64,000 nucleotides of DNA from Octopus bimaculoides (taxonomy: Eukaryota). Numbering within the stretch: the stretch's first letter is position 1; each line of letters starts with the position of its first letter. This document shows, one piece after another, positions 1 to 13,808 of the stretch. A program made the position numbers and the translations under genes. The stretch spans positions 53,908,010 through 53,972,009 of the forward strand of contig NC_068991.1 of NCBI RefSeq assembly GCF_001194135.2, read 5' to 3'. The notes below the pieces were generated by a model. The model made no database searches. It was not told the DNA's origin and worked only from the letters and a program-made list of their open reading frames with translations.

Positions 1-76
<76 letters not shown>
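1..76. repeat. poly(A) followed by (AAT)n microsatellite
   Basis: Seen directly in the sequence. Confidence 0.97.
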
Positions 77-78
<2 letters not shown>

Positions 79-1339
79 GAAAGTGGGTGCGGTCCACATT
101 CTTTACGTCCGCCGACATCACATACCATCACATCTTCCAATACAATCACAGTAGTTACTACTATTCATTGTACCAATCAACGAATATGCGGAAAATATTT
201 CTTCCCAAATTGTGTTGAGTTGAAACACACCAACAACACTGGGTGTGTATTTATAGCAATCCACTGCGAAAAATTACTTCAGAAGTCTTTTCCTCCACTC
301 TACCCCCTCATCATTGTTTATAGTAATCAATAGAATCAATAATTTTCCGGGCTTTTTGTTTTTCTTTTTTTATATCTATGACTCGGATCTCATCTCGTGT
401 CCAGTCCAATAACCCCAAATGCTAGTATTAATACTATAACAGTAAGTACAGTGTGCGGTATTGATTTATGTTTATGCAGAGAATTTCGATTGCCGTCTTT
501 CTTTTCACTGTGGTGTAGTATTCCCGGGTAACGTGTTCTCTGTTACACGTACACAATTATTTCTCGTCAATCCCAAGTCGAGGATAGAGATATCCCAGCC
601 ATTGACGGAAAAGTCGCTGATTGGTTACTCTCATTTCATCATCAAGCAGTCACACTTATCTTGGGTCCAAACACCACCCGTTTTCTACTTTTAGTCTTCA
701 TTTATGGGTTTTATTCACTGGACTGCAGCTATACAGGGTCCCACCGTCAACGTTTTAATTCGATTTTATTCACTTCAGTGCTTGGTACATCATTACATGA
801 TTATCGTAATTAAGGAAATGCGAAGTGAGCATTTGTGTAATTTGTGATACTCTAATCGGACATTGATACAACGGTGCATTTACATTCCATTACGCCGGCT
901 TTTCCCACGTGTGTGGATGATGATGATGATGGACTTCCTTGTCAAGAACGGTGCTTGGGTGTCCAGTTTTTGCATAAACCTCACTATCTACTCATGGCTA
1001 AATGCTCCATAGATATGGGTACTATTTAATGATATGGATACTATTTAGCTGGAGGGAGTGTCACGCGGAGCAGCTCTTCGGTTTGCCGTCCCTTCTCGGT
1101 CCCCTAAACTTATAGAGGCTTATACAGCAGACCCTATACAGCTGCCCCCATAAAAGCGTCGTCCGGGGCGGAAAAACAGATCTTGACAAATAATTCTTCA
1201 GATTATGGTTTAGTATATTTCAGTCAAGTCAAGAAACTAGTTTTGTCATTACTAATACCAACCACTCCTGTGTTTCTCGTTATTGCAATTGCTAGAGCTG
1301 TTAAACCGATCTGCTGACTAACGGCTACTATTTCAGTAA

Positions 1340-2700
1340 AATGCTGTGGGACCATACTTCATAATACGGCAGAAACACGTATGTTGTTATCCTCCCATCT
1401 ATAAAACAAAAGGAAAATGAAAAAACATTTGTCCCACTTCGTAGTAGCCCATGCCTCACTTGCGTATAAGAGTGCAGTTAAGATGGTGTCATTGAAGAAA
1501 CTAGCACGTAGGGTCTTGTCCAGCTTTACTTTGAGCTTATCTTTAATCGAGGTAAACACCTTCCATCCTGCCCTTATTCTCCGCGTGATTTCAGCGTCCA
1601 TGTCTCGCCGCATATTCACTGTGTCCTAAGTAGACATACTCCTTTACTGCCTTGATTTCATCGCTTCCTACCTTTTATTCAGGCTTGTGTTACGTCTTCG
1701 GACCGCGTGTATTTTGTTTCCATGTGGTTCAATTTAAAGCATACTGCTGAGCTATAGTTGTCCAGCTTTGTCAGTATGGTCTTCTGCTGATCTGTAGTTT
1801 CGATGATGTGTATAATGTCATCTGCGAATAGAAGATGTGTTAGTAACTCGCCATTAATGTGCTTGCCACCTGCTCGATCAATGTTTCTGACAACCATTTC
1901 TAGACATGCGGTAAAGAACTTTGGAGAGATATCTTCTTGTTTGATGCCCTTCCCTGCTGGGACTCTTACTGGCGGTGACAGTTGAGCTATATCTGTAGTA
2001 CATCCAGAGTTTGCATCTCAGATCAGTTTGATGTATTGCGCCTCGACATCTTGCATTTCCAGAGATTTCACCACAGCATTCATCTTGACGCTATTAAAGG
2101 CCTTTTCGTAATTGACGAAAGCGACATTCGCTTGCTCTACAGTCTGTGTTAGACTGAATACGTGATCCATCCCACTGTAGTTCTTACTGAAACCTGCTTG
2201 TTTCTTCGGCTGCTGATCATTGAAGTATTTAGATTGCCTGACTACGACCTTTGTAAATAGCTTATAGAGGTGACACAAAAACATATAAGGCGAGAGTCTT
2301 TTTTTTAAGATCTTTTTTATTACCTTCTTTTGAACCAAAATGATATTCGACTCTTTCCGCAGTGAGAGCATTTTACCCTCCTTCAGATAGTGATTGAAGC
2401 ATAGAACGAGGATTTCTGCTCCTTAACATCTCTGTAATGCCATTTTCCCCCTGGAAATTTGTCCCCGTTCATCAGCTTGAAGGCATTTTCAAATCACAGA
2501 TTAGTATAGGTGGCACTTCTTCCAAAATGTGTGACGGAGGAGGATCGAGCTTCACTGCTGATTTTAAAATGTTGGTGCAAGTGTTGCATGCCTCTTCCAA
2601 CTTCCCTTTGTCTGTTACCATGAGCCCTTCTTTGTTCTTATGCTCCATCACTTTGATCTATAGAATGCCAACCTATAGTTGTTCCTTTTAGATATTTCCT
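1340..2700 (-). mobile_element. Decayed RTE-clade LINE, reverse transcriptase region
   Basis: Minus-strand frames contain FVNYEKAFNSV, LTHLLFADDII, EITRRIRAGWKVF and LLYASEAWA, broken by stops and frameshifts. A (CAT)n tail near 920-936 may be its 3' end. Confidence 0.9.
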
Positions 2701-2879
2701 TTCCCCAAAAAACCATTTCGAAAAAGTTACTCTGAGTAACATATGAAGTTGCTTAATATATTACTTCTACTGGTGTACATCCAGTTATCTCTACTTCCTC
2801 ACTTCGAGTTGCCGATTGTCAAGCCATTAAGTGACATATGTAAAGATTTCAGTTATCTTTTGAGCGGTGTATGTATAGA

Positions 2880-3112
2880 AGGCTGTCATAGCGAAATAGA
2901 CTTTATTGATTGGAAGTGAAAGGTAAACAAATGATCGCCAGTATTCGGCAATGAGGACCATAGTCATCAGGCTCTTTACGTTCTAAACTTAAATCCCGTT
3001 GGCGTCAACTTTGCCTTTCATTCTTTCAGGGTCCATAAAATAAAATACCAGTCAAATACTAGGGTCAACGTAATCGACTTGCCCCTCCTCTCAAAATCGC
3101 TGACCTTGAATC
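2880..3112 (+). mobile_element. SINE family B copy (my label; core ctttgcctttcatcctttcggggtcgataaaataagtacc)
   Basis: Shares a core with many copies in the window: 18190-18420, 18525-18740, 27285-27480(-), 29590-29795, 37455-37595, 43770-43900, 47686-47890, 47900-48085, 50000-50195(-), 51560-51685, 62880-63020(-). Boundaries approximate. Confidence 0.75.
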
Positions 3113-3873
3113 CTGCAATGAACCAGTGTCTCGTTCAGGGGGCTGTTGTGCTCATTGTGACAACTGGGTAACTGGCACTCTGAGTTCAAGAACTCGAGAA
3201 AATACATAAAATATAAAGAAATATCGAGATGCATAAATTTTCCTAATAGACAATAACTTAATTACTTTCAGCAGCTATTTAATTAGAAATAAATGACATT
3301 AATTCTATATTACAAAATATTAGATATATAATTAATATCAACAAACTTAAATTAATTTAAAGTTATACTTGTCCAAAACTATCAGGATTGTTATGAGCTA
3401 CGCCAGCCATAAACTGTTGATGACTTAAATAACACACGCACACACATACACGCGCGCACACACACACACACGCACACACACACACACACACATACACACA
3501 CAAAAGTGTGGTGTGTGTGCTTTGGTATTCTGTTTTCTACTGTGTTTGGTTAGAGTGCTGCAATCGTACATCCTAAGAGGGGAACCCATGGCCACTACAT
3601 CTATTTTCTTGTGGGCAGTGAAATGACACTTCAGTTGAAGCAGCCATGGGATTCCCCTCTGTTTCCTCTTGCGGGCATTCTAACTATACATAATAGAAAA
3701 CAGAATAATACCAAAGCATAAAGACTTGAAATATACATACATAAGTGTGTGTGTGTGGATATATATATGTATGTATGTATATATGTACAGTTACGTATAT
3801 GTGTGTGTGTGCGTGTACTTGTGTATGTTTGTGAAGATATATATATAAGCGTGTGTGTGTATGTTTGTGTGTT

Positions 3874-3980
<107 letters not shown>

Positions 3981-4783
3981 ANNNNNNNNNNNNNNNNNNN
4001 NNNNNNNNNNNNNNNNNNNNNNNNNNNNNNNNNNNNNNNNNNNNNNNNNNNNNNNNNNNNNNNNNNNNNNNNNNNNNNNNNNNNNNNNNNNNNNNNNNNN
4101 NNNNNNNNNNNNNNNNNNNNNNNNNNNNNNNNNNNNNNNNNNNNNNNNNNNNNNNNNNNNNNNNNNNNNNNNNNNNNNNNNNNNNNNNNNNNNNNNNNNN
4201 NNNNNNNNNNNNNNNNNNNNNNNNNNNNNNNNNNNNNNNNNNNNNNNNNNNNNNNNNNNNNNNNNNNNNNNNNNNNNNNNNNNNNNNNNNNNNNNNNNAT
4301 ATATAGCATATACATATTTTACATATGTAAAATAACTTTCATTCCTCTTCCTAAGACGTTGGGGGTTTGCTTCATGGACATCTTGGCTGTTATTTCTAAC
4401 AGGTCGAATGACTGAGTAGAGGCATTATCGTCGGCGTGATGTTGTTGCTGTTCTCGTCGTCATTGTCGCGATATCCCGCCATGATGCCGCATCGCTACGA
4501 TTTCTAATAAAAGGTTTCTTTGATTAGTCTAGTCAATAATCAATTACTTACCAATGCCAGTCGTTGGTGATGGTACTGGCATCAGTTTAGGAAATGGGAA
4601 GTAGAAAAACCTTCACAAAGTAGTCTCCAAAATAGTTTCGTCTGCTGCAGCACCATACACTGTGTCGATAAGGGTGGGCGCGGGTGGATGTGTTCTGGCT
4701 TAATTCTTCAATTTCTCCCAGCCCAGGAAAAAAAGAAAGGTTCTTTCATTGGAGTTTAGACATCAATTTAGTAATCATTTGTG

Positions 4784-5460
4784 TCTGCGTGTGTGTGTGT
4801 TTGTGAATGTAGATGTGTAGATGTGTGTGTGAATGTAGATGTGTGTGTGTGTGAATGTAGATGTGTGTGTGTGTAAATCTAGATGTGTGTGTGTGCGTGA
4901 AAATGTAGATGTGTGTGTGTGTGCGTGAATGTAGATGTGTGTGTGTGTGAATGTAGATGTGTGTGTGTGTGAAAATATAGACGTGTGTGTGCGTGAAAAT
5001 GTAGATGTGTGTGTGTGTGTGAATGTAGATGTGTGTGCGTGTGAATATAAATGTGTGTGTGTGCGTGTGCGTGTGAATGTAGCTGTGTGTGTGTGTGTGT
5101 GAATGTAGAGGTGTGTGTATGAATGTAGATGTGTGTGTGTGTTTAATGTAGATGTGTGTGTGTAAATGTAAATGTGTGTGTGTAAATGTAGATGTGTGTG
5201 TGTAAATGTAGATGTGTGTGTGCGTATGTGTGTATGATCTGGATGTGTGTGTGTGACTGTAGATATGTGTGTGTGAATGTAAATGTGTGTGTGCGTATGA
5301 ATGTAGATGTGTGTGTGTGCGTATGAATGTAGATGTGTGTGTGTGTGTGTGGGTGGGTGAACGTAGACTTCTATGTGTGTGTGCTAACGCAGAAGTGTGT
5401 GTGTGTGTGTGAATGCGAATGTAGACGTGTGTATGAATGTAGAGGCTTATGTAAATATAG
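4784..5460. repeat. Compound minisatellite [GAATGTAGAT(GT)n]n
   Basis: More than 20 repeats of a (g/a)aatgtagat unit separated by variable-length GT tracts; grades into degenerate GT/CGT repeat up to about 5700. Confidence 0.92.
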
Positions 5461-5779
5461 ATGTGTGTGTATGTCGTGTGTGCATGTACGTTGTGTGTGT
5501 GCTGTGTATGTCGTTGTTCGTGTATGTATATCGTTTGTGTGTGTGTGTGTGTACCGTGTGTGTACGTCGTGTATGTATGTCGCGTGTATGTGCATGTATG
5601 CCGTATGTGTGTATGTATGCCGTATGTGTCTGTGTATCGTGTGTGTATGTCGTGTGTATATGTGTTGCCGTGTGTATGCCATGTGTGTATGTAAGGCTAT
5701 ATGCATACATGTATTTTGGCATGCTTACGTGTGTTTGTAGGCATGCATGTATGTCATCGTATGCTTTTATTTACGTTAG

Positions 5780-6061
5780 AACAAAGTGGTGGTCCGCGGA
5801 CCGCTGCCGGTCCGCGAGCCATCAGCTGCCGGTACGTGGCCAGTGTCCAGAAAAGAAAGAAACGTTATAAAATGCTTATAAAATGTTTACGTAATATTGT
5901 ATTATTTGTTTATAAAATAAATATAAGATAAAAGAAATTGTCAACTTTTATTATATTCATTGTATATATTGTTTCCGGTATAAATTAATATTACCGGTCC
6001 CTGGCACATTGGAAGGAAAAAATCTGCCGGTACGCCATATCAGATAGTTTGAGAAGCACTG
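5780..6061. mobile_element. hAT (Charlie-like) non-autonomous element, left end eroded
   Basis: The right end reads agtttgagaagcactg (reverse complement CAGTGCTTCTCAAACT, a typical Charlie-type terminus). The left part has caaagtggtggtccgcggacc and subterminal gccggt(a/c)cg repeats. Confidence 0.65.
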
Positions 6062-6568
6062 TGTTAGAGACATACAACTATGTCTATACACGTACACAAC
6101 ACAATGAAACTTCTAGAATGCTCTACAAATGTTTTAACAATTGAATTAAGGCTTTTAATTGTAATTTCTGATTAGTTCCGTTGTTTCTGATTTCATCTTT
6201 TACTTGCTTCAGTCACTGGAGTCTGGCCATGCTGCGGCACCACCTTGAAATGTTACAGTCAAACAAATCGACCTCAGTACTTATTATTTTAAGCCTTGCA
6301 TTTATTCGGTCAGTATCTTTTGCTGAACTGTTAAGTTATGGTGATGTAAACAAACCATCACCGGGTGTCCCGTGGTGGTGGTGGTACAGACACTATAACA
6401 CGCACCCACACATACACACACACACATACACGCACACAACACACACACACACACACATACAGATTCATTAAAGTATATTCTTCTCTAGGATTTTCCACTT
6501 CATGTGAAAATCAGTATCATGCCTTGTGTTTGTGTGTGTGTATGTGTGTGTGTGTGTGTGTGTGTAAA

Positions 6569-6740
6569 CGCTGCTGTATGGTTAAGAACTTTACTTTTCA
6601 ACCACTTGGTTCCGGGTTCAGTCCCACTTCATAGCACCCTGGACAAGTGTCTTCTACTATAGCCTAGGGCCAACCAAAGCTTTGTGAGAGGATTTGGTAG
6701 ACGGAAACTGAAAGAAGCCCGTTATGTATATGTGTGTGTG

Positions 6741-6834
<94 letters not shown>

Positions 6835-7045
6835 TGTGTGAGTGTGTGTGTGTGGACAACCAGTGTTGGTTGTGTTTGCATCCTTGTTACTTAGCGGTTC
6901 GGCTAAAGAGACCAACAAAATAAGTACCAAGCTTAAAAATAAAAAAATAAAGTACTGGGGTTGATTCATTTGACTAAAAATTCTTCAAGGTGGTGCCCCA
7001 GCATGGTCACAGTCTACTGACTGAAACAAGGAAACGATAAACGAA
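6569..7045 (+). mobile_element. tRNA-derived SINE family A (my label), full-length with internal (GT)n
   Basis: tRNA-like head with A/B boxes (tggttaaga...ggttcagtccc), gacaagtgtcttc core, internal microsatellite, and 3' end ggtgccccagcatggtcacagtc...gactgaaacaag. Octopus tRNA-derived SINEs (OK/OR1/OR2) are known, but I did not verify assignment to them. Confidence 0.85.
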
Positions 7046-7339
7046 AGATATCTATACATAATGTGTGTGTGTTTATGGCCTTTCTTAAACAAACTAGTGT
7101 TGTAAGCCTTAGAGAAGACATGATGCTACCCTAACAACCTATAGATTAGGAATTTCCCCCCACTTGGTTCTGTTTGACCATCAGTAATGGTCAGGACCCT
7201 GCCATCCCCTCTCTGTCACATTCTTCGTAAATAGAAAATAAATCACTGCGATTAATTACCCTAGATAAATCATTATCTCTGATATATTTTTAGATGATGT
7301 AGAGAGGTTTAATGGTGCTGGAGGAAACATATTCAACTT

Positions 7340-7735
7340 TGCTATAGGTGTAAGTATGGTTGTGTGGTAAAGATGCTTGCTTTGCAACCCCATGCTTTTT
7401 GGGTTCAATTCCACCGTGTGGTACCTTGGGCAAATTCTTTTACTATAACCCCAGACCAACGAATGCCTTGTGAATTCGGTAGATGGAAGCTATGTGGAAG
7501 TTTGTTTCATATATACGCGTGTGTGTGTATATGTGTGTGTATGCACGTGCCTCACCACCACCACCACCACTTGACAACCAGTGATGGTTTGTTTATGTCC
7601 TCATAACATTGGTGCAACGTAAGAGCCTGATAGAATAAGCACCAGACTAAACAAAAAACAAAAACAAGTACTTCAAAGCGGTGCCCCAGCATGGCTACGA
7701 CCCAATGACTGAAACTAGTATCAGATAAAAGATTA
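7340..7735 (+). mobile_element. SINE family A copy
   Basis: Same head, core and tail as 6569-7045. Partial copies also at 6197-6400(-), 8090-8300(-), 9620-9750, 14165-14390, 20490-20760(-), 27620-27720(-), 41400-41545(-) and 62620-62710. Confidence 0.8.
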
Positions 7736-8319
7736 TTCTAGAATGCATGTGAATGAAACACTTATGAAATCCAATAATGTACAAATTGCGACTTTGCGGT
7801 CGGAAGAGCCCGACATTCTTCCTACGGAATATAATCCAAAAAACCGTCTCAGAGCACGTCTACAAACATATTCTTGTATCAAGTTAAGTTCTTTATCTGC
7901 TCCAAATTGTATTGTGTAAACATAAAATATATCATATGTTCTCTTAGTTTTATAACATACATAGAAATATCAGACGTTCTGGCTGCCTAAAAGCCACAAG
8001 GATCTATGATATACTACATTATATTATATCTCGCAACACAAAAGGAATTAAATAGAAAAATCGCCAGGTAATCTTTTATCTTTCTTTTTTTTTTTTCAGT
8101 CATTTGACTGCGGCCATGCTGGTGTATCGCTTTGTAGGGTTTTAGGCGAACAAATCGACGCCAGGACTTACTTTTTTAAGCCTTGTACTTATTCTATCGG
8201 TCACTCTGGCCAAACTGCTAATTAACGAGGACGTAAACACACCATCACCGGTTGTCAAGCGAGTGGTGGTGGTAAGGGACAAACACTGACGCGCGCGCGC
8301 ACACACACACACACACATC

Positions 8320-8600
8320 ATTGTATCTCGGTATCAACCAGACAATCGGATGTTGTTATACATCGCTGATCACAATGCGCTTCACATTGTTTTAGCTTTC
8401 GAATGATGCTACCCCACTGGCTTGGCTAACGGGCCAACATGCCCCCTGTTCGGAAGGCTAGACCGTTGCAGGTTTACCCATTTACTGCTGAATGGACTGG
8501 TGCAACGTGAAATGAAGTGTTTTATTCAAGAACACAACGCGCCACCCTGTTCGGAAATTGAACCCTCGATCTAGAAATCGTGAGTGCAACACACTAATCA
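8320..8600 (-). mobile_element. tRNA-headed SINE, another family (related copies at 56590-56872 and 60950-61140)
   Basis: Minus-strand tRNA-like head (cccagtgattagtgtgttgcactcacga...gggttcaattt) followed by the cttgaataaaacacttcatttcacgttgcaccagtccattcagcag core. The body is shared with 56590-56872. Confidence 0.7.
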
Positions 8601-8792
8601 CTGGGTTATATATACCCATCAACCAAATCCATTCACAAAGCTTTTGCCAACCTAGGGCTACAGTAAAAGACACTTGCCCTTGGCTCCTCACCATGGGACT
8701 GAGCCTGAAACGAGATGGTTCAAAGTGAGATATTCTGAACCACACACGCACGCACGCGCGCACACCCACACACACACACACACGCACGCACG

Positions 8793-8830
<38 letters not shown>

Positions 8831-9762
8831 CACACGCACACGCACACACACATGCATGTGTGTGTATGAAAATTAATGAGAGAAAGGAGAGAAATAGATA
8901 TCTCTAAACATCCTAATATATAGTTTCATCTAACAGAATCACAATATTTTACTACCAGTGTGCATTTAGTGGTTTATCATATTTTCATATCCTTCAATAC
9001 TACACCCAACTCATTCAAGTGAGAGGGTAAGTCTTGATTTACGAATAGTTAGGGATCTGACTAGTGGTAGTGGTGGTGGTGCTATGAAAAAAAAAGCACC
9101 CAATACAGTCTGTAAAGTTGTTGGTGTTAGAAAGGACATCGAGCTGTAGAAACCAGGCCAAAGCAGACATCGGAGCAGCCCTCTAAGCTCTTCAGTTTCA
9201 GCTAAACCATCCAACCTATACCAGTATGAAAAGAAAAGAAGAAAAACCAGATGTTAAATTATGACGACAAAATTACACTGTTTGTCTGTCTCTTTCTACC
9301 CATTTTACTGTAGATTTTTCAATTCTGATAGCTGTATACTTTACCAATAAATCAGGCACCAATTATTTCTAATTTTCTATGCACCAAAATTGAATTCAGC
9401 TATGAATTATCGATCTGCTGTAGATTCAGATTTGGGGACTGTAGATGAAAATAATATCGTGATTTTATGATGTGGGAGATATTTTTGAAGACTTTTTAGT
9501 AGAAGGAATAAGATGTATCGTCGTGTTGGGAAATTGCCAACCTAGTATGAGTAACTGATAAAGGAGAAATTTTAGTGAAATTTCTTTCCTGTGATATTAT
9601 GTAGTGACTTTGTTGTATGAAGTTTGCTTCTCAGTTACATGGTTGCAAATTCAGTCCTTCTGCATAGCACCTTGGGCAAGTATCTTCGATTACAAAGCCT
9701 TGTTGTAGTGGTGGCATTTAGTAGATAGAAACTGAAAGAAGCCCATCCTATACATACATACA

Positions 9763-9813
<51 letters not shown>

Positions 9814-10774
9814 GCATGTATGTATGTATGNNNNNNNNNNAAGATTAAATGTGGTACTTAAAATGTTTGAGGCACCAGAATTTTGTAGGGTAAAAACCAA
9901 AAACAAAATCAATAGATTTGGTGAATAAAATTTGAAGAAAAGCAACAAAAATGCATTAGGTTATAGCAGTACGTACGTTTCGTACAAACTTCATTTATTT
10001 ATGTAGTGAGAACACCACATAATATGTGCAATGAAAATGTACTCTTCAGCTGCATAATGGAAGTTCGTTTCAGGAAGTCATTTTGTAGATGTGTGCAAAT
10101 ACAAGAGTAGGAGATGAAGAAAATATCATCTTGACTGGGCTGTTAATCAACAGTCTAGTGAATCAAACAAGAATTTAATTTCTATATATTCTAATTGGAG
10201 GGGTAAGATAGTAATTTCAATTTAGAGAAAGGTAGATTAAGGTAGATTAAGTAGATTAAGCAAGAGAAAAAAGAGATAAGAAAAGAGGTAAAAAAAAAAA
10301 ATATATATAGAGAAATAAAAATGAAAATGGAAGGACAATACCCTAAGGAGTGGCTAGAGGAAATTTAAGGTAAGGGAATTTAGGTCAAGATATTGGGGAA
10401 TTATTAAGAGTATATCTATTCGACTGTATATTTAGAATAATACAACAAACTAAAGTAATAAATTTAAAACCACAGAGAACATTAATAGTTAAATTAGAAC
10501 AAGACAAACATTTATAGTTGAAATAATATCAATGGCCAAAACAAATCAAAATGAAGGAGGGAGGATGATAATTATTATTATTATTATCTTATGATTTTTA
10601 CTTTGTATTATATTATACTTATTTATCGTGCATTTACTTATTATTTTTTCTATATGTGACAGAGTCATATTTAAAATCAAGTATAGATAAAAGTTTGAAA
10701 CATTTGACCGTTAATATAAGTATCTTGAAAGCCTTAGATGTAAACCCTTAGCCGTCAATACATAAAATGCATAT

Positions 10775-10900
10775 ATTCATACGGAACTTTAGATGTTTTC
10801 GCTCAATAAACACTCACAACGCCCGTTCTGGAAATCGAAACCGCGATCCTATGACCGCGAGTCCGCTGCTCTAACCACTGGGCCATTGCGCCTCCACAGT
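10775..10900 (-). mobile_element. tRNA-derived SINE family D (my label), 5' part
   Basis: Reverse complement gtggaggcgcaatggcccagtggttagagcagcggactcgcggtcataggatcgcggtttcgatttcc is a clear tRNA-like head. The same head occurs at 26900-27035 and 33960-34072. Confidence 0.8.
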
Positions 10901-11294
10901 ATTTAAAGATAATATAACAAATATGAATTATAATAGAATTTAATTTACTCTGTAAAAGTAAGAAAGAAATAACGCATATGATAGGAATTAATTAACAATA
11001 TATATTACTATTATAATCCCTAACATATTGTCGAGACTTTCTCTTTACATGATAGTGATTAACCAGTGACACTTTTGGATCNNNNNNNNNNNNNNNNNNN
11101 NNNNNNNNNNNNNNNNNNNNNNNNNNNNNNNNNNNNNNNNNNNNNNNNNNNNNNNNNNNNNNNNNNNNNNNNNNNNNNNNNNNNNNNNNNNNNNNNNNNN
11201 NNNNNNNNNNNNNNNNNNNNNNNNNNNNNNNNNNNNNNNNNNNNNNNNNNNNNNNNNNNNNNNNNNNNNNNNNNNNNNNNNNTATATATATAAA

Positions 11295-11325
<31 letters not shown>

Positions 11326-11754
11326 GTCTTCTTGTTTCCCCATGATGCTATAGCTGTAAAAGTATATCACCAAAATACAAGCAGTGTCGTTTGTTTTTAG
11401 TCTTCTATGTAAACATGTCTGGCCTTGAGGAAATATTACCTTCCTTGGATACAGGCGACGGTTGGCGACAGGAAGGGCATCTGGCTATACAAAAATTCGC
11501 CCCAACAAATTCTATCCGATCTATGTGAGTCTGGAAAAGCGGATGTAAAAAGGATGCTGAGATGACACTTAGATTGCAGAAGAATGAATTGGTTCCATAC
11601 TTAGATTGATAAAAGTAGAAGCTCCACACATCGTTATGTTACCACCGTTGCCAGTTATACAGTGGTATAGCTAGAATGGGTGCTACATGGGGGCAGCACT
11701 TCAGTTTTCTGCCCCATTCAACCCCCTGTATAGGTTTTTAAAAAACTTTAAAAG

Positions 11755-12075
11755 AACTGGCACTCCGTCGGTTACTACGACGAGGGTTCCAGTTGATCCG
11801 ATCAACGGAACAGCTTGCTCGTGAAATTAACGTGCAAGTGGCTGAGCGCTCCACAGACACGCGTACGTAGTTTTCAGGGAGATTCAGCATGATACAGAAT
11901 GTGACAAGGCCGGCCCTTTGAAAATACAGGCACTACTCATTTTTGCCAGGTGAGTGAACTGGAGCAATGTGAAATAAAGTGTATTGCTCAAGGACACAAC
12001 GCGTCGCTGGGAATTGAACTCACGACCTTATGATCGTGAGCCGAACACCCTAACCACTAAGCCACGCACCTTCAC
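11755..12075 (-). mobile_element. SINE family C/D-type copy
   Basis: tRNA head plus cttgagcaatacactttatttcacattgctccagttcactcacctgg core plus 3' gcacgttaatttcacgagcaagctgttccgttgatcggatcaactggaaccctcgtcg. Related copies at 21500-21810, 36130-36425(-) and 43915-44190. Confidence 0.8.
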
Positions 12076-12415
12076 ATATAGGCTTATACAGCAAACACAA
12101 AAGCACTTTCACCATAAAAGTGTTGTCCAGGGTGGGGCATGCCCATCCTCGCTATGCTACTGCAGTTAGAAGCAATCTTAGTTGAATTTTTCATTTGATC
12201 TCGAATATCTGTGATGCATCGGGGCGAGTGCCAGGTATGAATGAAGTGCTGCAATTATTGGAGAAGATAACATTTAAATAAACTGAAATAGCTTTTCTCT
12301 GTGCATGGAAATAAATTACTCTTTTCCAACAATATTTCTGAATGCGAATGTTGGAATTCTCCCTGTACTTTTTTACCAGCAGTTTTATATACAATAGAGG
12401 GATCTTTTTTCTTTT

Positions 12416-12449
<34 letters not shown>

Positions 12450-13358
12450 ATAAAGAATTGATAAAGCAAAGTTTTTTTTCGCGTCCTCTTTGTTCTCTCA
12501 ACCACTGTTTTTCTGTTGTTGCTAAGCCCACTCTTTCCAGCTTTCATCTCTCTCTCTCTCCCTCTCTCGTTCTCTCTCTTTCTCTTCCTCTCCCCTCCTT
12601 TGTTCTGTTTGCCTCTATTGTTTTCCATCTCAGCTTCTCTCCCCCAACTATCCTTCTTCGTTTCACTAATTTATTCTCTCTCTCTTTCCTCCCCTTCTCA
12701 TTCTGATTCTGATTTCCTATGATTCTAATTCTAATTCTACTACCTACACATTCTTTTCTTGGAACTCTATTCTGCTACCTGCTGCTTCATTGTCTGTCAT
12801 ATCTGTCTCTCCTTTCAAGGACTAACAACGCCGAACGATCTATTCTCCATTTTCTACTTAGTGTTATGCATACACAGTTGAGCCCATCTTTGTTAGTTTT
12901 CTTTTCACTCCAGTTGAAAGACTTTTACTGTTTCGTTCTCACTTCGTCCTGTGTTCTCTTTATCTTGACGAACTAATTATTTTGTATCCTTTGCATTTGT
13001 TTAATAGATCTAAATATTTCTTGTACCTGATTTTATGTAAAGTTTTGTATACTTGTAGTTGTCCTGTCTTGTCTCATCCTTTTGTTGTGTCCGGTTCACA
13101 CAAAAATGATTCCTATATCACATTTGTTATAAATATATTAGCACTCTGAAATAAGTAGCCTTGTTGATAATTTGCTGAAACTGCCTTAATTTTCATTGAA
13201 CAGCTGATGAAGGGAGAGTAGTATACATCTTTGTGGTTTTTCTTATGTGCATTTTTTGTGTGTGTACGCAATTTTTCTATTTATGTACACACGCACGCGC
13301 ACACACAAAACATGTCTGCCTACCTGTCATTGTGTGTGTGTGTGTGTGCGTGTGCGTA

Positions 13359-13417
<59 letters not shown>

Positions 13418-13766
13418 NNNNNNNNNNNNNNNNNNNNNNNNNNNNNNNNNNNNNNNNNNNNNNNNNNNNNNNNNNNNNNNNNNNNNNNNNNNNNNNNNNN
13501 NNNNNNNNNNNNNNNNNNNNNNNNNNNNNNNNNNNNNNNNNNNNNNNNNNNNNNNNNNNNNNNNNNNNNNNNNNNNNNNNNNNNNNNNNNNNNNNNNNNN
13601 NNNNNNNNNNNNNNNNNNNNNNNNNNNNNNNNNNNNNNNNNNNNNNNNNNNNNNNNNNNNNNNNNNNNNNNNNNNNNNNNNNNNNNNNNNNNNNNNNNNN
13701 NNNNNNNNNNNNNNNNNNNNNNNNNNNNNNNNNNNNNNNNNNNNNNNNNNATGCATAAAGTCTAAG

Positions 13767-13808
<42 letters not shown>

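Noticed and set aside
7743-7919. Short ORF MHVNETLMKSNNVQIATLRSEEPDILPTEYNPKNRLRARLQTYS... after a ttctag, as a candidate NCKX N-terminal exon
   Set aside because: No recognisable SLC24 similarity or signal peptide, a weak acceptor directly after a SINE tail, and no convincing phase-1 donor. It cannot be supported without transcripts.
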